Below, in pieces: positions 48,281-58,600 of a stretch of 64,000 nt of DNA (position 1 is the stretch's first letter; every line of letters begins with the position of its first letter). The stretch comes from a virus. Below the pieces are notes generated by a model that had not been told where the DNA came from, ran no database searches, and was given only the letters and a program-made list of their open reading frames with translations. Made by a program: the position numbers and the translations under genes. The stretch lies in the IMG/VR virus record IMGVR_UViG_3300034111_000335, positions 1 through 64,000 of that record. One strand, given 5' to 3'.

Positions 48281-48997
48281 ATGATCCCTGTTGAGGAACT
48301 CATCTATGAGTTTAAACTAACTTTAAATAAAATCAATCGTCAGGATAATATAGATATCCCGATTGAAGATATTATAGTTTACCTCAACAAGGCTCAGGTT
48401 AGTTGGATTAAAACTAAACTTAATCCTAACAATATTTATAAAGTAGGCTACGATTCTATCAGAAAGCGTATTGATGATCTCCAGATATTGAAGACCAGCA
48501 ATGTGCCTCTGAATCCCGTAAAAACAAATGATCTTTTTCACGTTGGCTATGATTGTCCTCTGAAAGACGCAGCAAACTATATGTTCTATATTTCGTCTTA
48601 CGCAATAGCAAAGAATGGAACCTGTTCTGAGCCCATTACTATAGACTTAGTTAGACATGGAGAACTTACTACTAAGTACCTTGACAACAATTACAGCCCT
48701 TCGTTTGAGTGGAGAACAACTTTAGCCACACTGGGGAATGATAACTTGACAGTCTACACTGATAGTAAGTTTAAGATCGAAAAAGTGTTTGTAACATACT
48801 TACGTTATCCCTTAGATATAGATGTAGAGGGCTACGTTAAGTTTGATGGAACAAACTCTAAGAATCAAAACTCAGAACTCCCTGAGTATGCTCAGTCAGA
48901 CTTAGTCGACTTAGCTGTTAAGTTCGCTGCTCAATCAACTGATAATCAAGCACAAGCTGTGTTTGCTGAAGATCGTTTAAACAAAAACTCTGAATAA
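48281..48997 (+). CDS. head-tail ring or connector protein
   Basis: YLNKAQ, KRIDDL, YLRYP, ELPE...DLVDLAV. Confidence 0.7.
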   Translation: MIPVEELIYEFKLTLNKINRQDNIDIPIEDIIVYLNKAQVSWIKTKLNPNNIYKVGYDSIRKRIDDLQILKTSNVPLNPVKTNDLFHVGYDCPLKDAANYMFYISSYAIAKNGTCSEPITIDLVRHGELTTKYLDNNYSPSFEWRTTLATLGNDNLTVYTDSKFKIEKVFVTYLRYPLDIDVEGYVKFDGTNSKNQNSELPEYAQSDLVDLAVKFAAQSTDNQAQAVFAEDRLNKNSE

Positions 48998-49008
48998 TAT
49001 ATAAAACT

Positions 49009-50193
49009 ATGAATCACAAGATCACACAAATCTTCGTACCTAGCGCTATCTCTAACGCTACTAGTACTTTTGCAATGGCTGCAAAATCACTTGCTGCCTT
49101 TGATGCTGATGGTAACACTAACTTAGGTGCTACCCCTTCTACTCCTGATGCTTTCAAATTGGTTTTTGGAACTGGTACTAACAATAAATATGGTACTTTC
49201 AAAACTGGTGTTATCAAGCAAAAGAACATTTTGTCTGTAACCAAGACTAGTCCTGATTTGAGCGTAACTCAACAGGTTTCTTACTTAGGTTGGGACGAAG
49301 CTTCTGCTGCTACTCCTGTTTTCAAATGTGACGAAGAATACGTTGTTACTTTGAAAATTGACGAGTACTGGAGCAAAGGCATTTACCAGCCAATGATTCA
49401 AGAGTCTGTAGTTGTTAAAACTGCATGCTGCTCTGAATGTGGTGGTGACTGCGATGCTTTGTCTGCTTCTACCTACATGACTGCTATCGTTACTAAGATC
49501 AATGCTTCTCCTTTGTTGAGCAAGTATGTTGTTGCTTCTTTGGTATCTAGCGGATCTAACTACGGTGTTAAATTGGTAGGTAAGGCTTTGGATGAATTCG
49601 GTAACGCTTGTGTTCCTGATGCAGTTCCTTACGTATTCAACTTGGTACGTTTCAAAGCTCACGTTCATGAAGGTCCTTACAACACTCAAGATTTCGATAT
49701 CGAAAATTCTTGTGCTGCTTGGACTATCACCTATGCAACTCCTGTTAAATACCCTATCGGTGTTAAGGCTGCTATGGCTGAAATGGAGCGTCACTACTTC
49801 ACTAACAACTTGCCTGCTGTTGCTGAAGCTCGCTACTACTGGAATCCTATCTACAACGAAGATGTAAATGGTTTCTTCTACGTACCTACATACACTGCTG
49901 CTTCTGGTTTCACTATGTATGAAATCACTTACTTAGAAGATTCTGCAGTAGGTTTCGAAAAGAAAACCCAGAACACTCACTCTGTAATCATCTTGGTTGA
50001 GACTGGTAGTGCAAATGCTGCTGCTATTGAAATTTTCATCAATAACTTGTTCAGCAACCAAACTACTGTGAACTCTTACACTACTACTGAGCGTGATGCC
50101 TTAACTGGTGTAGCTGTAGGTACTGTTATCTACAACACTACCACACAGGTATTCAACGTTTGGGATGGTTCTGCTTGGGACGTTACTGTCTAA
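49009..50193 (+). CDS. virion structural protein (auxiliary capsid-like)
   Basis: 394 aa with biased codon use; synteny; C-terminal TERDAL...YNTT...WDGSAW module. Confidence 0.65.
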   Translation: MNHKITQIFVPSAISNATSTFAMAAKSLAAFDADGNTNLGATPSTPDAFKLVFGTGTNNKYGTFKTGVIKQKNILSVTKTSPDLSVTQQVSYLGWDEASAATPVFKCDEEYVVTLKIDEYWSKGIYQPMIQESVVVKTACCSECGGDCDALSASTYMTAIVTKINASPLLSKYVVASLVSSGSNYGVKLVGKALDEFGNACVPDAVPYVFNLVRFKAHVHEGPYNTQDFDIENSCAAWTITYATPVKYPIGVKAAMAEMERHYFTNNLPAVAEARYYWNPIYNEDVNGFFYVPTYTAASGFTMYEITYLEDSAVGFEKKTQNTHSVIILVETGSANAAAIEIFINNLFSNQTTVNSYTTTERDALTGVAVGTVIYNTTTQVFNVWDGSAWDVTV

Positions 50194-50206
50194 CTAATTT
50201 AGAATA

Positions 50207-50235
50207 TAGTAGGGGATTAACCTCCCCTACTTTTT
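50207..50235 (+). terminator. intrinsic terminator
   Basis: gtagggga/tcccctac stem followed by a T-run. Confidence 0.7.
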
Positions 50236-50258
50236 CTTACCTATTAACTTAAAACAAA

Positions 50259-50555
50259 ATGAAAGATATTAATCTCAAACCTGGAACATTTAGTGAAACC
50301 TTGGAAAATGCTTCTGGCAAAGGTCCTGGGAAATCACTTGTAAAATTTATCTTGGGAGTTTTATCTAGCAACTCAACTTGCTGCGATAAGACTTTTGCTT
50401 ATGGTAAAGTTAACAACTCTACTATTACTCTTCTTTCTTACAGTACCACAGAATTAGGTGCTTTGACTGGAATGACTGAAGGAACTTTAGCTTACGATAC
50501 TACCTTGAACAAAGTTCATGTGTATAACGGATCTGCTTGGGTAGCTCTCCACTAA
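50259..50555 (+). CDS. small structural protein
   Basis: Shares its C-terminal module with 49009..50193. Confidence 0.65.
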   Translation: MKDINLKPGTFSETLENASGKGPGKSLVKFILGVLSSNSTCCDKTFAYGKVNNSTITLLSYSTTELGALTGMTEGTLAYDTTLNKVHVYNGSAWVALH

Positions 50556-50568
50556 TCTCTAAATAAAT

Positions 50569-50594
50569 GGGGGAGATAACACTCCCCCTTTTTT
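50569..50594 (+). terminator. intrinsic terminator
   Basis: gggggag/ctccccc stem followed by a T-run. Confidence 0.7.
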
Positions 50595-50602
50595 AAAAAA
50601 CT

Positions 50603-51109
50603 ATGAACGTACAACTTAACTTAGAAGCACTTAAAGCAAAGGATTGCTCTTACTTGTCTATCCTTGATACATCAGTATACCCATTAGCTCCTGATACTGC
50701 AGAGATTTCTATCTCAGTACCTGGCTATGATAATCCTTTTACTTTCAATTACACTATTGGCGAAGTAAACATATTCAACTCTTATAACTTTGGATTCACT
50801 ACTTCTTCTACCAGTGGCTTTACTGCTTTACCTGATGGCGTTTATACTTTAACTATTACCACTTGTCCTGATACTGGTATCAACACTCGCTACCACTTGA
50901 GGACTTGTAAGATTGATTGTCGTCTTGGAGTACAGTGGGCTAAGTATGTAGACTGCTGTGATGACGAGAAGACTCTTATTTACTTGGACAAAATTGAGTT
51001 TTTGCTTAAGGGTGCTGAAGCACATGCTGATTTATGCAACCCTGCAAAAGCTACTGAATTATATAGAAAAGCCGATGACTTACTCAGAAGACTTGAGTCT
51101 GACTGTTAA
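50603..51109 (+). CDS. structural protein (tail hub-like)
   Basis: LPDGVYTLT Ig-like segment with a helical C-terminus. Confidence 0.6.
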   Translation: MNVQLNLEALKAKDCSYLSILDTSVYPLAPDTAEISISVPGYDNPFTFNYTIGEVNIFNSYNFGFTTSSTSGFTALPDGVYTLTITTCPDTGINTRYHLRTCKIDCRLGVQWAKYVDCCDDEKTLIYLDKIEFLLKGAEAHADLCNPAKATELYRKADDLLRRLESDC

Positions 51110-51263
51110 GAAGAAACTTGCTCATGCTGCTTACAAAGAGTTACAGCATATGAAGTACTTAACAAAACCCTATTATAAAAAGTCTAAAGCATTAGCACGC
51201 TTCTTGAAGTATGCTGAATGCATAGACTGCGATACAAAAGCAACTCTGAAAATTAAACTTTAA
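51075..51263 (+). CDS. small hypothetical protein (start reassigned to MTYSED)
   Basis: ORF overlapping the upstream stop; CxxC motif. Confidence 0.55.
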   Translation: MTYSEDLSLTVKKKLAHAAYKELQHMKYLTKPYYKKSKALARFLKYAECIDCDTKATLKIKL

Positions 51264-51267
51264 AACA

Positions 51268-51798
51268 ATGACTAACTGCTGCCCTAATAACAACTGCGTA
51301 GAAATCGTTCCTTCTGGGTGCGTAAAGTATACAGGTACTCCTACTCCAGGAGGTCTGATTGATTCTTTTTCTTCTTGTGACCATCCTTATTTAAATGACT
51401 TACTTAAGTTATTAGATGATAAAGTAGTTAATATAGATACTCGTGTAGGATTAAATAAAACTGCATTTGATGCAGCTAACACTGCATGTGGAACTACTTC
51501 AGTAATTTCGACAGTAGGCCTTACAGTAACAGATGATAAATATTATTCTGCTGAGGTAGTACTTAAACTTGTAGGAGTTATTTGTGAGTTGCGTTCTCGT
51601 TTAAACTATTTGTCTGCAGAAAACATCAATACTAATAACGGAAACTTACATTGGGAAGATCTTCCATTAAGTCCTGATTTTCTTGCTTATATAAGAACTA
51701 AATGCTTAGGAGATGATCCTTGTGGTACTGGAGTACCTACTACCCTTGGAGGAGTTCTTAGAGCTATCATTAATAAACTTTGTACTTGCTGCCCATAA
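51268..51798 (+). CDS. Cys-rich structural protein
   Basis: CC...C..I...CVKYTG motif. Confidence 0.65.
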   Translation: MTNCCPNNNCVEIVPSGCVKYTGTPTPGGLIDSFSSCDHPYLNDLLKLLDDKVVNIDTRVGLNKTAFDAANTACGTTSVISTVGLTVTDDKYYSAEVVLKLVGVICELRSRLNYLSAENINTNNGNLHWEDLPLSPDFLAYIRTKCLGDDPCGTGVPTTLGGVLRAIINKLCTCCP

Positions 51799-51800
51799 CT

Positions 51801-53480
51801 ATGTCTACTTGTCTTGATTGTTTCGGAACACATATATCAACTACACCTTGCACTTCTGTAGGATGTTTGTCAACTAACTACGCTAAATGTATTACCTATT
51901 CTGGGTTGCCTTTAGCTTGCGGCACAGGAGCTATTTCAACTGTAAGTAAAGCAGGTTTAGCTTTAAGTCCTACAGTTATTACCGAATACACTGTATCTCC
52001 TACAGGAGGATCAGGTTCGGGTGCATCTGTTAAAGTTACTCGTACTCCAGGTTCTAATGTTTATACAGTTACTTTACTCAACGGTGGGTCTGGATACACA
52101 GTAGGAAACTTCTTAACTGTGTTAGGAACTTCATTAGGTGGAGCTACTCCTGCAAATGATTTGACTTTGCAAGTAACTACTCTTGCAGCTATCATTGCAA
52201 CAGGAACTGACTTAGATGTAGTTGTATCTAATCTTCACCAACGTATCTGTAACTTAACAGCTTCTGGCTTAGATTACTCAGCATATAGCTATGGTTGCTT
52301 ACGTTTAGGCGGTAACTTAGATAGTATTGGTACGCCTATTACTAGTGCTCAAGGATTTGTAGAATCAGTTGCTGCAGCTCTTTGTTCTGTAGACAATAGA
52401 GTAGTTGCTTTAGAAGTTCCTACTTTTACTGCACCTGGTTGTATTTCTGTAACTTCTGGCGTATCTACTTTAAGTCAAATCTTAACTGCTTACGGATCTA
52501 AGATCTGTACTATCAATACTAATGTAGATATGACAGGTGTATTGGGTAATCCTTGTATAGCTTATTCTTTCACTACTAAGCCTACTACTGCTGTAGTTTC
52601 AGATTACTTTAACTGGATTACAACTAATATGTGTGGTATGTACGGTGATCTACAAGGCGACTTGGTTACTGTAGGTGCAACTGTAGATAGTTTGAAAGCA
52701 TACATTGCAGGTGTAGGATCTATTCCTACTTCAATTAATACTTCTTGCATTTCTGGAGGTTCTGCTACTAGTACTTTGAGTGCAGCTGCTATCTTGTTTA
52801 CAAGTCAGATTTGTGCAATTAATACTGCTTTAGCTTCTATCCCAGCTACAAACTATGCTTTGACTTGGGCTACCAACTTTGGTTCTACTGCATACTATGG
52901 TTATACTTTTAACTACACCAACACTTCTACTACTTTACAAACTCAATTAAATAGAATAGTAGATACTTTAGGTAGATTAAAACTTAAGTTGAATCCAGCA
53001 CACTTTACTGCTACTAGTGATTCAGATGGTTTGAATATATCTTTAGTTAGTACTGGTGGATCAACTACTCCAAGTTTTGTAAACTTAACTGCAGGAACTT
53101 TAACTAATGCAGTTGTAGTTTCTTCTGCTAGATTCCCTATCGGTAGTTTGCCTAAACTCCAGAAGTATGGTAACGTAGTTACAATCATTGGAAGCTTAGC
53201 TGTAAATGCTACAGGTTCATTTACTTGGACTCACGGTCAATCTTTAACAATCGCAAACATTCCTGCAGGATATGCTCCTCTTTATACTCAAGTCTTTAGT
53301 GTTCTTATTCTTAAGTATGCAACAACTTCTGGTACTCCTTCAACCGCAGTTTATCAAGGTGCATGCTATATGAACGGTACAGACTTAGTAGTAGAGTTAA
53401 ACAATCCCGCAGCTTCAGTGACTTTATCTGGTACAGAGTCTTTAGAGATTTTTGTAGGAGGTAATTCATACGCAGTATAA
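51801..53480 (+). CDS. Cys-rich fibre or spike-like structural protein
   Basis: CITYSG motif, GGSGY repeats, helical ..IC repeats, C-terminal beta domain. Confidence 0.65.
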   Translation: MSTCLDCFGTHISTTPCTSVGCLSTNYAKCITYSGLPLACGTGAISTVSKAGLALSPTVITEYTVSPTGGSGSGASVKVTRTPGSNVYTVTLLNGGSGYTVGNFLTVLGTSLGGATPANDLTLQVTTLAAIIATGTDLDVVVSNLHQRICNLTASGLDYSAYSYGCLRLGGNLDSIGTPITSAQGFVESVAAALCSVDNRVVALEVPTFTAPGCISVTSGVSTLSQILTAYGSKICTINTNVDMTGVLGNPCIAYSFTTKPTTAVVSDYFNWITTNMCGMYGDLQGDLVTVGATVDSLKAYIAGVGSIPTSINTSCISGGSATSTLSAAAILFTSQICAINTALASIPATNYALTWATNFGSTAYYGYTFNYTNTSTTLQTQLNRIVDTLGRLKLKLNPAHFTATSDSDGLNISLVSTGGSTTPSFVNLTAGTLTNAVVVSSARFPIGSLPKLQKYGNVVTIIGSLAVNATGSFTWTHGQSLTIANIPAGYAPLYTQVFSVLILKYATTSGTPSTAVYQGACYMNGTDLVVELNNPAASVTLSGTESLEIFVGGNSYAV

Positions 53481-53574
53481 TAAAAATCTTGGCAGGGTTT
53501 TTTTGGTTGGTTTTCCTGTCATCTTGCTAGTAGGAGCCTGCGAAAGTGGGCTCTTCTAGTTCTTAAATAAACAC

Positions 53575-53605
53575 TTGACTTAAAGTTAAAATTAATTTAT
53601 ATTTG
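53575..53605 (+). promoter_or_regulatory. Bacteroidota-type promoter
   Basis: TTGACT ... TATATTTG. Confidence 0.65.
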
Positions 53606-53639
53606 TAATAAGCCTTAAATTAACCCAAACTATATACTA

Positions 53640-54281
53640 ATGTATACTAACTCAGACTTAATCGCTAGGGTAAAGAGCGCTAACAAGTTCATCAGTGATG
53701 ATGATATGATTAGTGACCGCTATATTTACGGCTTATTAAAAACTAAAGCGTCTACACTATTACGTAGAGAAATCAACTTACGAAGACTTCTTACTTCAGA
53801 TAATGTGTATCAAGCATATGAGTGTTTACATTTAATTGAGGCTCCTGGTTCTGAATGTGATCTTAACTGTCCTATACGTAGAAGCAAAAACAAACTACCA
53901 AAGATAGATGAGGGGTTGTATTCGTACTTTATTCAGGGGGTGTTCAACACTTCTAACTCGCAGGAACTTTTTCCTACTACTATTAGAGATTTTATTAATC
54001 ATAATTCTTTACGTTTTAAGACCCCTAAAAAGTACTATACTATCCGCAATGGATATCTTTACGTTTTAGATCCAGATGTAGAGTGTGTGAATATGTACGC
54101 TTACTTTACTGAGTCTATCGAAGATCTTGATGGTACACAGTGTATGAGTATGTATGATAAACAATTTAAGTTTCCTGGCTACTTGCTAGATACTTTGATT
54201 GAAATGTGTAATCAGTCTTTAATCAACTATCATAAGTTGCCTTACGAGACTGAGGACAACAACAGGGATGAACCCAACTAA
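53640..54281 (+). CDS. tail ring protein (crAss-like)
   Basis: ISDRYI, RSKNKLP, YYTIRNGYLY; synteny. Confidence 0.65.
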   Translation: MYTNSDLIARVKSANKFISDDDMISDRYIYGLLKTKASTLLRREINLRRLLTSDNVYQAYECLHLIEAPGSECDLNCPIRRSKNKLPKIDEGLYSYFIQGVFNTSNSQELFPTTIRDFINHNSLRFKTPKKYYTIRNGYLYVLDPDVECVNMYAYFTESIEDLDGTQCMSMYDKQFKFPGYLLDTLIEMCNQSLINYHKLPYETEDNNRDEPN

Positions 54282-54283
54282 TT

Positions 54284-54772
54284 ATGTCGAAAGACTTTAT
54301 AAAACCAAACCCAAGAAAACAAGTTAGGAAAAAAGAGAAAGATACAACTTCGGATACGAACTATCTTTCCCTTAGAGCCTATCATCTGTTCTTAAAAGAA
54401 ACTAAACGCAAAGACATTACCTATAAGCAGTTTTGTGGCATTCCTAAAAAGATTCACATTAAACTTATAGAGAGGTTATTACGTGGAAGATACTCACTGC
54501 GGTTTCCAAACTTCGGATCAATTAAAATTGTAAAGACTGAAAATGCGATTAAAGAAGGTAAACATACAATTATTAACTGGAAGCTCTACAATGAAACTGG
54601 CATCAAAGTGCCTTATAGAAATTCACATACCGATGGTGCAGTCTATAAATTTCATTTGTATCCATATTCTAAACGAATAGTTGAGTTTGGTTTCTACGAT
54701 CTAAGAATGTCTAACAGACATAAGACAGCCTTAGCTCAAGCAATCAAAGACAACAAACTAAATATAAGGTAA
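54284..54772 (+). CDS. IHF/HU-like protein of the tail module
   Basis: LRFPNFGSIKIVK...INWK...N.HTDG. Confidence 0.65.
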   Translation: MSKDFIKPNPRKQVRKKEKDTTSDTNYLSLRAYHLFLKETKRKDITYKQFCGIPKKIHIKLIERLLRGRYSLRFPNFGSIKIVKTENAIKEGKHTIINWKLYNETGIKVPYRNSHTDGAVYKFHLYPYSKRIVEFGFYDLRMSNRHKTALAQAIKDNKLNIR

Positions 54773-54783
54773 ACTAAAATAAA

Positions 54784-55626
54784 ATGAAATACGATAACAC
54801 TAACTTTATTTCCTCTGAGCCTTTAGTTGCTGAAGTAAAGCAAGAGCTCAAGTCGTACTTTGAAGCTGGTGCTATCAGTGAGGTTCTTATTCCTACTTTC
54901 ATTGATCAGGCTTTACGCAAACTTCGTGTAATGGTATTGAAGCCTGAAGAAGCCGTACTTACTTTCTCTAATTATAAATCTGAATTACCCTGTGACTTTT
55001 CTTTGTTAGACTATGCTTTGATTTACGAAGCAGATGTACAATGGACTTCAGGTGTTAATTCTATGCAGGGATACTGGTGGCAGAATCTAGAATGTACTGG
55101 AGGTTGTGATGCAGGAGACTGTGTCAAGCAAGAAAACTATTACGAGACTATCAGTGTACCTACACCCGGTTTTAAGATTACTATGCAACACCCTAAGATG
55201 CTTAGAGTGTATCATGGTTCTAAGACTATGTGTATTGAGGGTTGTGAAAACCTCAATGTGTCGTCAGCTGATGTATTACAAATTTATCCAAATAAAACAG
55301 TTAGTGCAACGTTTGAAACAGGTTGTGTTTTCCTTAGATATTACTCACGTCCAATGGACGATGATAACATACCTATGGTGCCAGAAATTCTTGAGGTTGA
55401 AGAGTATGTCAAGTCTTATCTTAAGTTTAAATTTTTTGAGCAGCTTTGGCATTCAGTAGTAGACGAAAGTCAACGTCAAGTAGAGTCTAAGTTTCAGTAC
55501 TACAGACAAGATCAATTAAATAAGTTACAGGCTGCTAATGGTTACTTGTTAACCTACACTAAACAGCAGATGGCTGATAACGTAGTCCGTACTAAAAATC
55601 GCTTCACTAAGTTCCATATCTCTTAA
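54784..55626 (+). CDS. tail tubular or ring protein
   Basis: ELPCDF, YYSRPMDDDNIPMVP; position before the stabilization protein. Confidence 0.68.
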   Translation: MKYDNTNFISSEPLVAEVKQELKSYFEAGAISEVLIPTFIDQALRKLRVMVLKPEEAVLTFSNYKSELPCDFSLLDYALIYEADVQWTSGVNSMQGYWWQNLECTGGCDAGDCVKQENYYETISVPTPGFKITMQHPKMLRVYHGSKTMCIEGCENLNVSSADVLQIYPNKTVSATFETGCVFLRYYSRPMDDDNIPMVPEILEVEEYVKSYLKFKFFEQLWHSVVDESQRQVESKFQYYRQDQLNKLQAANGYLLTYTKQQMADNVVRTKNRFTKFHIS

Positions 55627-55631
55627 GTTTA

Positions 55632-58600
55632 ATGGATAACAAGATCAATCAGAATGTAGCAGGTTTAAACCTTGATTCGGTTAATTACCAGATCAAGGAG
55701 AACATGATTACGTTTGCTCTAAACGCAAACATTCAGTCTCATGATGGTAACTCTACCACATACACTAATGAACCTTCTAACCAAATCTGTTATGACTTTA
55801 CAACTAGTTATCCTGGCTATAGAATAGTAGGCACACTTAATATTACAGAACAATCTAAGTTAATTGTATTCCTGGCTCATCCTGATGGACGTTCCTTAAT
55901 AGGTGAGATAACTAACTTAAGTAAAGATTGTACTAGTCTTATAGAAACAGAAAAAGATTGTGGATGTATTTCTGGAACTGTTGTTACAAACGTAGTTACA
56001 GAAGATAGTTCTTGTTGTTTGTTTACTCCTTTAGTAGTCGACAACTGTTGTGACTGTACAGACTGCTATAGATATGATGTACAGGCTACAGACAACCAAC
56101 CTTTTACAGTTGTATTTGTAGACTGTAATGGAGTAGAGACAAGTGAGACGTTTCCTTCAGGAATAGGAACTTTTAAAGCAAAACGAAATAGGTTTATTTT
56201 ACCTGTTAATGTAGAGATTTTATATTCAGTTTTAGACTCTCAAGGAATATGTATTCCTAAAAGTGCTCCTTGTTGTTTGGGTTTATCTCCAGACTTTCCT
56301 GTATACTCAGAATACAGAATAGATAACTGTGAGACTAAGGTTTACTTTATTGCTCGTAATATACAACCTCGTTATTTCTCATTAGAAGAACCTTATGGCA
56401 GAGATCAATGTGGAGATGCCATTGACTGTATTACAGACTCTTGTGAACGCTTAAAACTATTTCCAGACTTCTGCCAACCTGATATCTATCCTACTGCGGT
56501 AGACTCAGGAGGAACTTTAAAAGGTGGAGTATATTCTTTCTCTCTTGCTTACGCAGATGAGAATGGTAAAGAACTTACAGACTACGTAGATTTCTCTAAC
56601 CCGATTCCAATCTTTGAGAGGGCTATTACTGAACAGACTGAATACGAAACCTCTCAGTCTATTAGAGTTTCTATAGATCACAGTACAGCAATCTTTGATT
56701 ACTTTAACTTAGTTGTAGCTGAGAACATTAACGAAGTAACTACATACCAGTTGGTAGGTACTTATAGAGTCAACCAATCTACCTACAGAGATTCTTTGGT
56801 TTATACAGGAGATTACTCTTCTACTTTCTCTTCTATTGTTCCTTTGATTCGTAGTCCTCACTACGAGACTGCTGAGATTATTGAAAAGCAGAATGACATT
56901 CTGATGTTAGCTGACTTAGTAGAAACTCCTAAATACAACTTCCAACTATTAGCAAACCAGATTAAACTTCGTTGGGAAACAGTTAAGATGCCTGTAGATA
57001 ATAAGTTTGACTTCTCTAATCCAGAGATTGCTTATTTCTTCCGCACTTATCAAAGAGATGAAGTTTATCCTTTTGGTATTAAGTTTAAACTAAAGAACGG
57101 AAAGTATACAGATGTATTCCACATTCCTGGTAGAGAAGTATTTGTAAACTCTAACGAAGAAGAATTACTTTACTCTTCTAGTAATCCTGATGCTTTTGGT
57201 ACATCTAATGATTGCATTGTAACTACAGCACAACCTAGATGGAAAGTTTACAACACAGCTACTACAGGACTTACTCCTCCAAACAATACTCCTTCTTTGC
57301 AGGAAGTTCAATACTCTTGTAAGATTACTGTTGAAACATCTGGAGAGTTTGCTTACTGGGAGTCCACTGAAACTTACCCTTGTTATGAGGATGTTTGGGG
57401 AACCTTAGCAGGTAAAGCTATACGTCACCACAAGTTTCCTGAGAATGCTAAGTCTCACATCCACGCAGATGGAGATGACTTTATTTATCCTATTGGAGTA
57501 CGTATTTGGAATGAGTCTTTATTCGAAGGCATACTAGACCAAGAAACTGTATACGATCCCTTAAACACTTACGGTAATCACCAGATTCCTGTGAAGGAAC
57601 TTATCTGTGGTTACGAATTGGTAAGAGGTAATCGTGTAAATAACAAATCAGTTGTTGCTAAGGGACTTATCTATGACGTAGGAACTTTTATAAATGCTAA
57701 AACTCAAAAGTCTTACTACTATCCTAACTACCCCTATAACTCTTTAGAGGATGATCCATACATTAAATCTACTCCTGATTGGTATAATAAAGCAGATAGA
57801 GGCATTGAGGAGGATCAGTACGGAATGGAATTGCATAAAGGATTCGATACAATTGGGTCTCGTTATACATTCCACTCCCCTGACACACACTTCCAGTATC
57901 CTAAGATTGGTACAGAACTTAAACTAGAAACTGTAGAATACGGTAAAGTACAAGGACACTTTGTTCCTGTATTAGATCACCCTAAACATAAGTTTTTAAC
58001 CTTAGCTGATTATAGTACTGCTGCAACACTCGCTAATGCATTAGCTCTGGCATTTGAAAGTGATACAGCCGTAGATACTACCGTTCCACCTCCTCCTGGA
58101 GTAAGTACAACTGTTAGTAATAAATCTAAAACAGATGCACTTTCTATTATAACTAACAACCAAGCGTTTATAGACTTAATAGAAAAGTTAATTCCTTTAG
58201 CAAACTTTGCTTATCAGTTTAACTCTGTTGGGGAATATAAAAGATTCTTACCGATTACTACAGTAGGTAATAGAAGAAGATTCTTAGACATTGGACTTTA
58301 CGCTAATGATAAGATTGTAGAACTGAATGATGACAAACCTATTCATAACAGATTAAGAGAGACTTCTGTTTATCTTAAGACAAACGGATCTTTCTCTACA
58401 GAATATGCAAGTATCATAGATAATAGTCGCTATACTATTGGACAAAAAAACTTAGCAAAGGATCCAGAGCAGATAGTAGAATCTGATACTAGAGCTTACT
58501 ATGCTTCTATCAAGAGAGATTTTCCAAATCAGTATGGACAGATAGAAAACATTAGATACGTTTCTACTGGATATTCTTGTTCTGTATACACAGATATCTC

